A stretch of 64,000 nucleotides of DNA from Utricularia gibba (GCA_002189035.1 CM007989.1:3844001-3908000), one strand, 5' to 3'; positions 14,079 through 25,959 are shown, numbered from the stretch's first letter. Numbers and translations: made by a program. Notes: a model not told the origin generated them from the sequence alone.

Positions 14079-16331
14079 TCAACACCGAGGAAGATCGGAC
14101 GGCGGAGGGAGGATCTTCTGGTCAGGGCGGTCCCCGTCGAGCACAAGCCAGGCCATCTTCAAGCCCCAGCTCGTGTGAACCTCCAAATGGCAGTGCATGA
14201 ACCACACACCTGCAATGGGTTGCCAACCCCTCTCTCCGTTAGTTCAATTTTTAAGGAGTTCGATCGAATTTACCGAACAGTAGAGGCATGGACCTGGATT
14301 GTCGGTAAGGAAGCGTATCGCCACCCAACCGCCGACAGAAACTCCGACGGTGTTCCTCTCGACGGGGTCAACCAGGTTGAACTTTGCAGGACCCTTACTG
14401 GGATCGAAGTTGCCAAAGCCTTGACCCACGACGAAGAAATTGAATCCATGGAGATGCAGAGGATGGCTCTCCGCTCCGAGAATGCTGGTTCCCTGCAACA
14501 CCAGTTCCACGCTGGTGTTGAAGGCAAGGACCACGAGCTTTGTCCCGTTCGCGACTAAAGTGTTGTTAGGAGGACTCCCCGTGTAGTTGAACGAGTGCAA
14601 GGGGTCGTCGGGAAATCGGAGGTGTAAACGCCGTTCGACTTGCCGGAATAGTGGGCCTGAAGTAACGCTGTCGTCGGTTGAACGAACGATATGTTGTTCA
14701 CGGAGGCCGAAAACTTCGTCCCGTTTGGGCCTCCACAGGCCGTACTCTGGTCGCATGGATTTGTTCCTAATCCTACTGTAAACAGAAATTGCTTGTCTAC
14801 CTGCATCACAGTTTCGTACTCTTTTCAAATTCGGAACTTAACTTTTATCAGAGTACCAGTGGCATACCGTTTGCGGGACGTTGGCCGGAAACCTAGGGGA
14901 CGCTAAAGACCGTAGCTTTCTCGCAAACGTATCCGCGAATCGGGTGTCATTCAAAGAAGGGAGAAAGGGTCTGTACGAAGGGAGCCCCTGTACAGAACGT
15001 TTACGCCGCGACTGGTATTCCAGAACTCCGGCGACGGTCGAGTTATCGAAGGTTCCTAATCCGGTGGCGTACGGTCGCGCCAGCATAAAGAACGCGGCTT
15101 CAGGGGGCCGAGCTTTCGTCTGTAGTAGAACGTTCATGGTCTGCCCGGGAGTTATCAGAACCACATCACTCGTGAAGGGCTTAACGTACACGGCGTCCAC
15201 GTCCACCACCGTGAGGCTGTGGTTCGCGATGCTGAAGAAGAGCTCGTCGTTCAGCGCGGCGTTGATTAACCGCAGCAGATACGTCTTTCCCGGTCTGACT
15301 CGCAGCTTGAACGTTTCTGATAATCAAGCGCAGCGAGAATCAGCTTTGCTTTTCAAAGCACACAACAGCAGCAGAAGAAGAAGAGGAAGGAGACTGTTGT
15401 ACTTAACCATTGGCGGAGCAGTTGTAGAGTGGACCGGGTAGACCGTTGATGGTGTACGCATCCGAGACATTCGGACCGGCTCCGGTCTGCAGCGATTGTT
15501 GTACAATTGCTTCCGTGTCAGCATTGAACCATTCCCTGCAGCGTCTTACCACCATAAGCTTGTAAAATATAATAAAACAATATGAAATATTAAAATACTG
15601 GTATTTTTTCAAAAATTAAAATTATTATTTAATAAATTTTTCCGATGCACAAATTTAAATATTTATTTATTTATTTTTATAGGTGCTGTGGAGGGGTTAC
15701 CAAATATGATTGGGAGCTGCTTGTAGGGCAGAGCGTACGGATAAGAAGTGTTTTTGGGAGGGAGAATGATGAGAGGGCCGTAGACGGTGGATCGATGCCA
15801 GGAGATGTGTGCATGCCACCAGAGGGTTCCTCTTTGTCCGACGATCGTGAAGTTGTACTTGTAGCTGGCTCCCTGTTGTATGGGGCACTGCGTTATGTAC
15901 GCCGGCCCGTCGGCCCATCCGTTCCGCAGCTGCCGGACGCCGTGCCTGCGAGAAGGGAGAATGAAAAGCAGAGTGTTTTGTTTGTATTGGGTAGGATAGG
16001 ATACCAGTGGATGGTCATGTTGTCTTGGACGTGATTGGTGACCTCGACGACGAGCCGATCTCCTTCCCGGACGACGATCCGGGGGCCGGGGAACATGCCG
16101 TTCACGGTGACGATTTCCCTGGTGCTGCAGAGCCTCGTCACGTTTTGCTTCACAATCTGCAGCAGGAGATAGCATAGCAGTGAGGGATACCAGTAAACAG
16201 AGCTCACTCAAGAAACTGCCAAGTGCCGTTACATTGAAGTGGTAGTGCCGAGTGGCGGCTCGTGCATGGTGGGAAAGAGTGAAGACAAGCAGGGAAAAAG
16301 CGAAGCAGGAGTGGAAGCTGGAGAAATCCAT
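14079..16331 (-). CDS. Laccase (LAC17/LAC2-like), 7 exons, with an apparent 1-nt frameshift near 14601-14604 (possible pseudogene)
   Basis: Signal peptide and all four Cu motifs (HW|HG, WHAH, HPLHLHG, HCHLEVH); ends [11 protein letters not shown]. The frame changes between ORFs 14555-14809 and 14244-14828 with no intron. Confidence 0.9.
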
Positions 16332-18351
16332 GACGAAACGGGGATGAAGGAAAGAACGCTTTATTACCTCCGGGTGGGGAGTTTGGTCGAGTAGGTGGTG
16401 TGCAATCGACATGGAGTAGTGTGAAAGGCAACTTTTGGTGTGTCTGGTCTGGCTCTGTTTGGTAGTTGCCATTGGGGTGTCGCTGTTCCGGGTTGGTGCT
16501 GACCCAGTCCCCTGGTCGCGGTGGATGCATCGTGTTCGACGTTCGACGGCGTCGCTCTGCGAAACTCGCTGAACAAGACGACCGCACCACCGGCGGGCAA
16601 GTGTCACATTGAAGCAGAATCTCTGCCGCCGTCGCAGGCTGTAAACATTCACTGACTCGAGTTGGATTCTTGTCCAATCGCAGACAATCATCCCTCATTA
16701 TTATTATGATTTTGTAATATTTCAAAATTGATTTTTATTTATTTTTGAAATTAAATAGCAATAAATTAGATACCAACTTCCCTCCAAACTAAACCCCCTT
16801 TTATTGTAAATATTTTTTTATCAATACATATATATTTTTCCCTTTTTATAATAAAAAATTTAGAAATACGTAACTTCAATTGTAGAATTTAAATGACATT
16901 ATCTCATATAATTATTCAAAATATAATCATATTAATCAAACTCTAAACCCTAAACTTTATATTCATATTAATTTAAATAATAAATTAATAACTAATATAA
17001 ATAATCATGAATAATTTAGAAATTACATTTTTTTTTTCAAAACATAACGAATAAATTATTTATTCAATTTAAAAAATAAAATTCAAAGTTGATTTAAATT
17101 TTTCTACTTATAGAAAAGGTTTTTATTAAGAATATTATTAAACACGGACAAATTCTAATTTAAATAAGTTTCTTATTTTTTGAAAAGTTTCATAAGAAAT
17201 ATATATATAATTTTTTGGGGGGGGTTGTTTGGGAAGAGGAGGGAATAATGCCCACGGTTTAGTGAATATTTAGCATTTGGTTATTAATGGAAAAAAAAAA
17301 AGGGGGGGGGGCCGCATGGAGCGAGATTAATGATGCGTACACTGAAAAGGCTATCAGGCTATGTCATCTCCAGCTCTGGTTGTACTCTCAGCAGTACTCG
17401 GCCAGAGCCATCATCTACCAAATCTCCGACTGTCATTCAACCATCATGGATGACACATTAGCCGCCACAGCTCCATTTTCTGAGATAAAATAGATATAGA
17501 AGTTGCAAAACAAGCTCAAAACAAGAACAAGAGCAAGCCACAGGAAGCTCATACATGAAACAACAGATCCTGATTTTGTCTACTCTTCTAGTCCTACATG
17601 TTCTGCTTTAGCTGATGGAAGAGAGTAGTACACATTGACAAATGCTATTGAAGTATCTATCTCACGAGAAGCATGGATTATGCATAAGGACACAAGCAAC
17701 TGATTCGATTCGACTGTTTTGATGTAGGTCTGTGTGTATGAGTTGTATTATTGTGTTTTCCCAGCCTACAGAATCTCGTATTTCAATAGATATGCCATTT
17801 CATGAAGTGGGACACTTTTCAAATAAGACTGTCCTTGCAGCCAAAATTGGGAAAGAGCCTTTTTCCTTGCGCTAAGAGAAGCCTGGTTTCCCAGTGCTGC
17901 TTTCTGTCAGTTTCATGGTTATTTCAAAGATTAAAACAGTGGCCAGGAATCCCTTTAATCTCCTAGTATTAACTATTTGTGACCCGGAAAGATGACACCT
18001 ATTTCTCAAAAGAAGTATACAAACAGACAAAAGGATAAGGGTCAATCAATTCTGACCTCTTTACTGCAAAATCCTGCTGTCAAAATCTTCAGGAACTCGA
18101 GTTGAGCTGCAGAATCTGCATCAAAAAAACAAAGGTCATTGTGTGATAAAAGATCCCCCCTGAAACGGCGCTGTCAACAAGGGAGCTCTCTGAGCTCACG
18201 CAAAGCTTCAAGATGATGATGATGGTTCACACTTACTCATACTCCCCAGGCCCTTATCTTCTAGCTAAGCAATTCTCACAGTGTCGTATCATATAAATGT
18301 AGACCACAAATGGCTGCTATGGTAATCATTCCATCCATCCTTGTTTCCCTC

Positions 18352-18358
18352 TATAAAA
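18352..18358 (+). promoter_or_regulatory. TATA box of the CLE gene
   Basis: TATAAAA about 110 bp upstream of ATG 18464. Confidence 0.5.
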
Positions 18359-18463
18359 GCTCACACATTTCTACTCAGATTCTCATCGCTTCTTCAATTG
18401 TTCTCCTTGCACTAAGCACAAGTTTTGAAAAAGGATAGGCTTTGATTTGTTTTGATTTTTTCA

Positions 18464-18891
18464 ATGGCAAGGATTGCGAGCTCTAGGCTTGTATGTTTTC
18501 TTCTTGTTATCACCCTCCTTATCAGTGATTTCTCTGGTAAGAACAAGATGATTCTGTGAAGTATAAAGTTGAAAATAAATGATTCTGAGTACTGAAATTG
18601 GTTCTTCTGATGTTGTGGCAGAGTGCAGCACACAGGGGAACAAGTTAGAAGTACTGCAGAGAGAGGTACGATATTTCTAGCATGATCTCCAATATGCATT
18701 TACGTAGAAATATGACTAAGATATATCATACCTTCCTGAAGCTACTCTTGGAATCGAGGAAGATGGCCATGAAGAAGGATTCCGGCGGGTATGAGAATGG
18801 AGTGATCCCGGAGAAATGGAGGAGGATTCCTGGAGGCCCAGACCCATTGCACCATAATGCGAATGATCCACAGAAGCCCCAAGCCCCATGA
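18464..18891 (+). CDS. CLV3: CLAVATA3-like CLE peptide precursor, 88 aa, exons 18464-18536, 18622-18665, 18742-18891
   Basis: Signal peptide MARIASSRLVCFLLVITLLISDFS; phase-consistent GT-AG introns (73+44 nt = 39 codons); CLE box RRIPGGPDPLHH followed by a CLV3-like tail NANDPQKPQAP*. CLE family is certain; CLV3 orthology is inferred. Confidence 0.85.
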
Positions 18892-19317
18892 GATCTACTT
18901 GTTCTGCATCTATCTCCTTGCTTACCTTCTTTTTGGAGGCAAAATGTTCAGTTAACGCCGGAAACAGAAGCTCCATATATGTATTTTCCATGTGTTTTGA
19001 GGAGAAAAGGGCTCTGCTAGATCTTGTTATGCCACTGGCAGTAGGAATGCATGTAGTAGTTCTTGAGTAAGGTGATGAACATAGTAAGATTTTTTTTGAG
19101 GCATTTCAACAAACAGTTTGCGTGCTTTATCCTGGAAAGCAGTGGCTCTCCTTTAGGAGAGTTTGATCTTCCGTCGATCCAGCTTCATAGTTACTTTCCA
19201 AATACACTCGGTAAAGAAAAATTTTGAATCGAAAGGACCTGCAGATTTAAGAAACCTGATCGGAGATTCACAAAAAGGCTTCCGGCAGCTCCTCCCATAA
19301 CCTTGTGATCACCTAAC

Positions 19318-19485
19318 TGGGCCGGCCCGTGTAAAGCCCAAAATGCAACTCGAAGTCTAAGATACAAACGTGAGTCTGTCCCTAAACTACACTACACAAG
19401 GCCCGTCATAACTGTGCCATGGGCCTCGGGTTCCAAAGGTGGGCATAGCCGGAATCTCAGCGCCGTACTTTTTAGTGCTTGGGCT
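19318..19485. promoter_or_regulatory. Cluster of site II (TGGGCY/RGCCCA) motifs in both orientations
   Basis: TGGGCC 19318, AGCCCA 19335, AGGCCC 19399, TGGGCC 19420, TGGGCT 19480; upstream of the small-protein gene. Confidence 0.5.
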
Positions 19486-19929
19486 AGCCGGCGCCCACCC
19501 ATAAGACCAAAAAACTACATCGGGGATCGGATAAGCAACCATCCAGAAACATTGAGCATCAGGTTTTGTACTTCCGACGCCATTAGCCGGTACGTATGCC
19601 TATCGTCGATCCCTTTTCGCATTCAATCATGGTTTGAGTGATTCGTTTGTCACTGTTTTCAATGTATCCATTATTGTTGAGGTTTAAGTTTCTGTTACGG
19701 ACTACGGAGTAGTCCTCTTTTTCGGGTATTCGCTTTGGAGGTGTTGTTATGGCTAAATGTTTTTGCTTTTAGATGTTTCCAATTGAACTTCGACCTGGGC
19801 CTCTGGGTTTTTATTCTGATTTGAGGTTCTGAGAGCATGCTGTCTATGGTTGCGATTTTATCTACTGTTTTCAGTGTGCCTTATTTCCTGGTTGCTTGAA
19901 TGTCTCCCATGAAGGGAGCTAGTTCTTTG

Positions 19930-20045
19930 TTGCATTTTGTTTTTCTTCCATCGAATGCAAACTAATTCTTTGCCTGCATTTTGTTTTTCTTCCATTGAAT
20001 GCAATCTAATCCTTGGTTGCATTTTGTTTTTCTTCCATTGAGTGT
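19930..20045 (+). repeat. About 2.6 copies of a 43-44 bp tandem repeat
   Basis: TGCATTTTGTTTTTCTTCCAT recurs at 19931, 19975 and 20018. Confidence 0.85.
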
Positions 20046-20078
20046 AAATTCTGTGAATCCATTTGTTGCAGAGCTTGA

Positions 20079-20315
20079 ATGGGGAACAAGCCTGGAAAGC
20101 AAGAGAAAGATGAACCCAGGATGCCAAAGATTGTGCCTCCTCTAGACCGTGCATATACACGTTGGCTAGCACGCGATCTAGACAACATCTACGGCATCCA
20201 ACCCAAAAATCCAAGAGCTGTAACACCTCCTGATCACTATATTGAATACATGCATCTGAATGGATGGCTGGACTTGGACCTTGATGATCCGGATCTCAAG
20301 CGGTTATTCAAATAA
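20079..20315 (+). CDS. Small plant protein of unknown function, 78 aa
   Basis: MGNKPGK...KIVPPLDRAYTRWLARDL...PPDHYIEYMHLNGWLDLDLDDPDLKRLFK*; ATG 7 nt after a TTGTTGCAG acceptor; resembles a small conserved plant family I recall but cannot name. Confidence 0.75.
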   Translation: MGNKPGKQEKDEPRMPKIVPPLDRAYTRWLARDLDNIYGIQPKNPRAVTPPDHYIEYMHLNGWLDLDLDDPDLKRLFK

Positions 20316-20581
20316 ACTTGGAAAGATTGAGCCAGATTTGTGTATGATGTAGAAATGGAACAACTTCTTGTTTGTAAATGCCTATTGGCAGATAAAGGAA
20401 ATGAATTCTCTTTGCCATTGTCATTGGTTTGTTCATGTTCTTAGAATTGCATCTGCTTCCCTGAATGAACACTACTAGCTTTGTTGCTGTTCCCTCCATC
20501 AAAGAGGCTCCTTTTCAACAGGCAATGATCAAGCATGTTATTACAGAGAGAGAAGAACAAAACATGTTCATCAGCTGATGA

Positions 20582-21315
20582 TCATTTCTTCTCCTGATCA
20601 ACCTTCTTCCCTATCCAACTAGCAACTACAGGTGTAAGAGCAACCGTAGGTGGAAATCGAATCGGAGAAGCAGCCTTGTGCGCGGCGTAGGCGAGTGCAA
20701 ATGTTCCCACCTTTTCCCCGGTTTCATTACTCGAAATACCAACCTGAAAAAGAAGAAAACCAATTCAATTCCTTCCATTCAACATACACTATGATCGTGT
20801 GCGTTTCAACTCTCCATCTGTTTCAATTACCTTCTGCAGCAATGCTGGGACGTCGACGCCGGCGCTGATGAGACCGTAGCATAGTCCAAAGGATATCAAT
20901 GACAAGGTGATTGAAGTTGCGAGATAAGCTCCTCCATATTTCGCCAGCAGCTCTTTGGCTTGATCTCCCTTAGACTTTTTCTCTCTGTCTCCTGAAAATA
21001 TCTGCATTTACGGAGTCAAGTAATGGGTGACCCTGAAATCACCGTAACAGAACACAAAAACACTCAAAAGGTTGAGCAAAGATCGATCACCTTCCAAAGC
21101 CCAGCTTCAAGGCCATACTTCTCAGTGATTTGTTCCGCAGATTCCGGGCTCTTGATTTCCTCTGTTTTCTCCCGAACCGCTCTAATCTTAAACCCAGTGC
21201 TCCTGAATCCGGACCCAATTAGTCTTCTTCCTATTCCATCGCTTTGTATTTGGGAGAACTTAGGATTTGGACAGATGAAGAAGCATTGGGGCGAGAATTG
21301 CAGAAGAGCAGCCAT
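20582..21315 (-). CDS. DUF1279/FAM210-like plastid protein (3 exons)
   Basis: Transit peptide; ITEKYGLEAGLWK|IFS; AKELLAKYGGAYLATSITLSLISF; FALAYAAHKAASPIRFPPTVALTP; ends KKVDQEKK*. Confidence 0.9.
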
Positions 21316-22119
21316 TTCTTTATCCAAAACCTTATTGTGTTTTGTGAGCATATAAAGATGAACTCATAAATCGTGATCCTGGATGAGACATGTAACACGA
21401 TTTCCAGCCACTGGGGTTGAAGCCCGGATCAAAATCTTCCCCACAAATAATTACAATACAGTCGTGCATTTTTTCTAACTTAATTTAATTAATATGTATT
21501 TTAATTCTTTATTATTTAGATAAATATATTATATTTAACAGACAAATGTAAATGTTATTACATTTGATAATATATTTAGAATAAATAAAAAAATCAAAAC
21601 TGAATTGAATTTTTGATAGAAAACTTATTTTTAATATACGTAAGAGTTTTTATGAAAAATCAAATATTAATTAACGTGAAAATTCAATATGAGCTTGCCA
21701 TTCTATTTAAGTTGAAAAATGATCTCGAGTTAACTCGCCACCGAGCTCGTGGAACAAACATTTTACTAGAATTGTAGGGTCCTCGGAGATCCAAGAACCC
21801 TCCAAAAATAGGAGTATGCCGCGTAGTGAGGCAAGCACACGGTATTCTTTAGTAAAAGGCGAAAGAATAGTTCGCTCTGTGCTTACCTCGCGGCTGCTTG
21901 AGGATGGAAGACAATGTTTGGTGTATTTATAATGATAGACATCTCATAAATCTTTTTATTTTCCGATGTGGGTTACGAGTTCTATTTATTTTTTCATTTT
22001 TGAAAATGGAAAATACAAACCGGCGTAAAAATGAAACGGGAACCCGTCTTTGGAAGTGGGATTGAATTCGGATGATTACTTCGGCAGTCAGGAGTGGAGC
22101 TGTCGGGAGTAGCAGGGAA

Positions 22120-23922
22120 ATGGCCTTGATTCCGAGCCCGTCGGTGGATAGTGAACCCTTGTTTGCGGAGGTCAGCATGCGGGGCAAAGCGTCTACGGTC
22201 ACCGTCCGAGCGACCGTGGTCCAGGCAGCCACCGTCTTCTATGACACCCCTGCTACTCTGGGTAAGTTCAGTTTATTATGTTCTTTCGGATTCGAAGGCG
22301 GACGAGACGAGGGGTTAATTTTTTGTTGGAGGTTGGTGAGTTTGCATTCCTAAACTGACTTCTGCTGGAAATCTTTCATAAACCTACTCGTTGAACATTG
22401 GTATGTGATCGGGTTGGGGCTTGTGATGATTCTGATTTGCATTCATCAGTACACTACCAGCATGAGCAATTTGGAAACAGTGTGGTCATTGGTGCGTTTT
22501 GTGCCAACAAAATTCTAACTTTTGCTGTCAATTGTTTTAGGTTTCCCATTAGGTTCAGGCACTCTTCATTTTACCAGGAATATGAACTTTTGTAAATAAT
22601 CCTGCTCTTCCTTGATTATGATATCAGATAAAGCGGAGAGGCTTTTGGCTGAAGCAGCGTCATATGGTACTCAGTTAGCTGTTTTCCCTGAAGCATTTAT
22701 AGGAGGCTATCCTCGTGGATCTACCTTTGGTGCCAGCATTGGAAATCGTACAGCCAAGGGAAGAGATGAGTTCCGGAAGTATCATGCTTCTGCTATTGAG
22801 GTTCCAGGTGTGGTTGCCGTAGAATGCCTTTCCTTGAGAAAATTGCGACGTGCTTCCTAATCGTGTTGAGCTGAATGCTTTTGGAAATCACCAAATGATA
22901 GCTGAAAATTATCCGTTTGCTTATTGCTTTCATTCTTTTCCTGCATAACTTCATTATATAGTTTGATGTTGTGATTTTCAGGACCTGAAGTTGATCGTTT
23001 GGCAGCTATGGCTGGAAAGTATAAGGTGTATCTTGTGATGGGTGTGATAGAGCGAGATGGGTATACTTTATATTGCACTGTTCTGTTTTTTGATTCTCAA
23101 GGCCAATACATTGGAAAGCATCGCAAAGTCATGCCAACAGCCTTAGAACGCGTTATTTGGGGATTCGGAGATGGTTCAACAATACCTGTTTTCGAGACAC
23201 CAATCGGAAAAATTGGTGCTGCAATTTGTTGGGAAAACAGAATGCCACTTCTAAGAACTGCATTGTATGCTAAAGGTGAGATGCATTTGTATTCGCCAAG
23301 TCACATGCTTTTTGATTATGGATATTTGTGATTTCTCATGAGCACTAAATTTAATCCATCTTTGTTCATGAAATCATTATTTTTTAGGAGTCGAGATATA
23401 CTGTGCACCAACTGCTGATTCTCGAGATGTATGGCAAGCATCAATGACACACATTGCTCTCGAGGGTGGTTGTTTTGTGCTTTCAGCCAACCAGTTTTGT
23501 CGAAGGAAAGACTACCCACCTTCTCCTGAGTATGTTTTCTCAGGCATTGAAGATGATCTCTTGCCAGAGACTGTTGTTTGTTCAGGTGGTAGTGTAATCA
23601 TCTCTCCTTCTGGAACCGTGCTTGCCGGCCCAAATTATGATGGAGAAGCACTGATATCTGCTGACATAGGTCAAGATTACTTCTTTCCCATATTCAACTT
23701 GCACTTATTACTTTCCCTTGCATTGTTTCCTGAGTTATTGGCAGTTATTTGATGTATCTGCTAGATCTTGGAGAGGTGGCTCGAGCAAAGTTCGACTTTG
23801 ATGTTGTTGGCCACTATTCGCGACCAGAGATCCTGAGGCTCATTGTTCAGGACAACCCAATGAGTCCTGTTTGCTTCACTTCACCCTCTACTTCCATGAA
23901 AGCAGAAGGCTCCAAGCGATGA
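22120..23922 (+). CDS. NIT4: Nitrilase 4 (beta-cyanoalanine nitrilase/hydratase), 5 exons
   Basis: [19 protein letters not shown]; catalytic triad motifs [25 protein letters not shown]; [10 protein letters not shown]. Confidence 0.95.
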
Positions 23923-25259
23923 AGTCTTTCTGCAACGGCTATGGCGATCTCATCTATCCACTTATCCAGCATCGGAAGTAGTAGATAGTATGCCAAGAAA
24001 CAAGATGCCTGAGAATCATTGAGCAACAACACGGACCCTGCAGAATTAATGCAAGTTGTTCGCATGGGCTCTTATTGTCTTTGTGGCAAGAAACAAGATG
24101 CCTGAAAGTTCACTTCAAGAAAAAAACTGCTGCTGCAAATATTTTGTATTATTGCTGTTGTATGGCTAGATGAGGGGGAGCATAAGATTCCTCTGCCATT
24201 GTCTCAATTGCATAAGCCCCAATATGCAGCTGATCTTTTTTTTTTTTTTTTTTTTTACTGTCAAAACATGCGCCTGCAACGATCCGATCCCTTAAATCTT
24301 TGATACCTGGTATCTTTCCAATCTCCTATGTGCCTTCTCCCCATATCGATAGCAATCTACATCGCCATGTGTTCTCTCCCATGAATACCCATTCTGTGCA
24401 TCTTATCTCTGGTTTTGTACTAGGATTTTCAGCTGGTTCATACCTGGTAACGCTGATCCAAAAAAAGCCCTTGTTCAGATCTTCAACGTCCAGGGCAATG
24501 GAAGAAATTCAGTATGTTCTTCATTTGCTTTCACAGTTACAATTGTTGGATTGTGATTCAAAATCAAAAGAGATACTTTCACAAGAAACTAAGTTTTAAA
24601 ACTAAAAGAGAAACATTGCGAAAAGCAACCTTCCATGCAAACAAATATATCCGTTTCCTGGCATCACAGCAGACATTTAGACAAATCCCAAATCAGATGT
24701 GACAAGGAACAACCCATGTTCTCTGTTTTACCGTTGTAAACACTAAGCTTTGCCATTTGTCAACATAAAAAAACAATGAACAACTATAAATTAGTGGGAG
24801 CAGTAAGCGGTTAGTTATAACTCCAGATCATAATCATCCTCTGCTAGAGGTGCAGAAACAGACCTTCTTTTCTTTCCCCCTCTTCAATGTTCTGCTAGAC
24901 CCCATCCCCTGCGGAATACTAGGAATGATAGAGGAAAGCCCCTGTGCTTCATGCAAATTTCTGAGATTTGTCTTGATCCCACCCGAGAAACTGATCCATG
25001 TGATGATGGAACCAGGGCCCCATCAATCTCCCACAAATTTGCAGCAAGTTTAACCCAGTTTAGAAACATACCTAGGAAGTCTTTTTTGATTACAGATGAA
25101 TCGGGGCCATCTCAAGAGATCTTCTTTTATTACCCGGGAAGTGTCCATATTTTACCATTAATCCATTACTGTGAGAATGTCATATTTACCCGTAAAGTAT
25201 GCGCTTTCCAGTCAGAAACATGTATGTTCATACAGGGGGATGAAATGGATACAAAGGCT

Positions 25260-25959
25260 TTAAAAGTACTCCTCAGTCCTTCCCTTGAATCCAATCTGGC
25301 CGAAGGTAAGGGTGAGGAACAGCCCCAGATGCCACAGGGTCAACCACAGCCTGCAAGGCAACGACGCGAAAGGTATTCATAATTTTGTTGGATAAGGTAG
25401 AATATCTGAATGATAGAGTAGTGGAATCAAACTACAAACATTGAGCGGATGTTTTGTTACCAGAACTGGGAAGTGAGCGCTGGCGGAGTGGGGAAGTGAG
25501 CGAGTTCAGTGCCAATGCTGGAGACGAAAAGGCCGGTCAGGCTATCGCCGTTGATCGCCGGAACACTGGACGGAGCCAGCCAACCGATCAGGCCGAACCC
25601 GATCACGCTCAGATCCGTACGAAGCCAATCCCTCTCGAAGCTGCTTCCTCATAACAACGCTTTCTCACAAGTCAACTCATTTAACAAGAAACAGTAGATC
25701 GGCGAAGGGAGATCGTTATATTACCACGTGAACTTCCCACCGGAGGCCCTTGCCGTTTGCAGCGGGTTCCGGGCCGACACCCGAGGTTTCAAAAACCCTA
25801 CAATTCGGGGAAGGAACTGAACGATGGGAAATGCGGTAGCATATGCTGATATGCATGCAACTGAGTGCGTTCATTACCTGAGGAGAGCGAGGGTCTGGTC
25901 GCGGAAGAAGCCACAAATCTAGATGCGGCAGCGGCGACGGTTATTGAAGAAGAAGCCAT
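25260..25959 (-). CDS. PSAO: Photosystem I subunit O (4 exons); not in the ORF track
   Basis: GFLKPRVSARNPL...GGKFTC|FERDWLRTDLSVIGFGLIGWLAPSSVPAING...PPALTSQFW|LWLTLWHLGLFLTLTFGQIGFKGRTEEYF*. Confidence 0.95.

Noticed and set aside
15663-16725. Long ORFs of 342 aa and 173 aa over the laccase 5' region
   Set aside because: They run out of frame through laccase exons, introns and the GC-rich promoter; no independent domain.
18682-18741. ORF-track N-terminus MISNMHL... of the CLE ORF
   Set aside because: Lies in intron 2; the signal peptide is encoded at 18464-18536.
24236-25100. 21-nt T run plus minus-strand splice-like sites downstream of PsaO, suggesting a retrocopy or extra gene
   Set aside because: No TSD found, and candidate exons are closed in all frames or lack acceptors.
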